DNA of 63,388 bases, filler included, from Reticulomyxa filosa (taxonomy: Eukaryota; Protista; Foraminifera): NCBI GenBank assembly GCA_000512085.1. It is 16 parts of 16 records of this genome, joined end to end, with 100 filler letters (N's around TTAATTAATTAA, not from the genome) between each part and the next. Parts side by side here need not be neighbours in the genome. Positions count along the whole stretch, not along the records: positions 61,118 to 63,388 come from ASPP01023578.1; 15 more parts are not named here. The stretch is one strand, 5' to 3'. The position numbers were made by a program, and so were the translations under genes. How positions within the stretch are numbered: the stretch's first letter is position 1; the number at the start of each line of letters is the position of its first letter. Shown here piece after piece: positions 63,104 through 63,388 of this stretch. The notes beneath the pieces were generated by a model, which searched no databases, had not been told where the DNA came from, and saw only the letters and a list, made by a program, of their open reading frames with translations.

Positions 63104-63313
63104 TCACACACAAAGATTCCAGCCGGGCATACAAGCCGAGACTTGCTGCGGCCATCCACGTTGTAGCGCTTGAATGTACAACATGATAATTCCGGCACAC
63201 CCTTGAAACATTGAATAGTTTTCATTGCTGTACTTGCATCTTAAGTGATGGCCATTTTCGGGATTGATCGTCCATAGAATGAATTGTTTCGCTCTCCAAG
63301 CTGTTTTCCACAA
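63104..63313 (-). CDS. C-terminal exon of a LanC-like (LANCL) protein
   Basis: AWRAKQFILW...NYSMFQGCAGIIMLY...ACMPGWNL* parallels the LANCL terminus (YRA.KFA.W...PYSLFEG.AG...L...FP.FEL). Confidence 0.65.
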   Translation of the reverse strand: MWKTAWRAKQFILWTINPENGHHLRCKYSNENYSMFQGCAGIIMLYIQALQRGWPQQVSACMPGWNLCV

Positions 63314-63388
63314 TTGACAAAATTATGCACATATGTACGTATATAAGTAAATCAATTGGAATACAAACAAACCAAAAAAAAAAAAAAA

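Noticed and set aside
1-63388. Reading the immune-like genes (NACHT-WD40, TRAF, TPR, ANK-LRR) as one cluster or defence island
   Set aside because: They lie on different concatenated contigs, so linkage is unknown.
1-63388. Alternative genetic code or stop-codon readthrough
   Set aside because: Conserved genes translate cleanly with the standard code; in-frame stops occur only in introns or clearly decayed fragments.
1-63388. tRNA, rRNA or CRISPR arrays
   Set aside because: None recognised by eye; the GGTTCGA-like hit at ~54850 lies within a PRA1 exon. A covariance-model scan would be needed to exclude small RNAs.

Overview
AT-rich, intron-containing eukaryotic (protist) DNA. It is not one locus: 16 short contig pieces are joined by 15 identical 100-nt spacers (N44-TTAATTAATTAA-N44), so gene adjacency across spacers means nothing. 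The gene families and the intron style suggest a foraminiferan such as Reticulomyxa filosa (inference, not verified). Recognisable genes: PI-PLC X-domain protein, divergent uracil-DNA glycosylase, cyclin J-like cyclin, calmodulin-like protein, DEPDC5/IML1, NACHT-type pentapeptide-WD40 protein, TLDc protein, TBC1D5-like RabGAP, RING/TRAF zinc-finger protein, USP35/38-like deubiquitinase, PB1-TPR protein, WD40 protein, PRA1, ELAV-like RRM protein and a LanC-like C-terminus. There are also several pseudogene fragments and a decayed APE-type non-LTR retrotransposon. The most unusual items are a spliced ankyrin + LRR protein ending in a filamentous-haemagglutinin-like beta-helix repeat, a UNG homolog with rewritten catalytic motifs, an Ig-like + Alba-like fusion, and introns with A-rich acceptors and self-complementary RY microsatellites. 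All calls come from reading motifs by eye; no database search was run.
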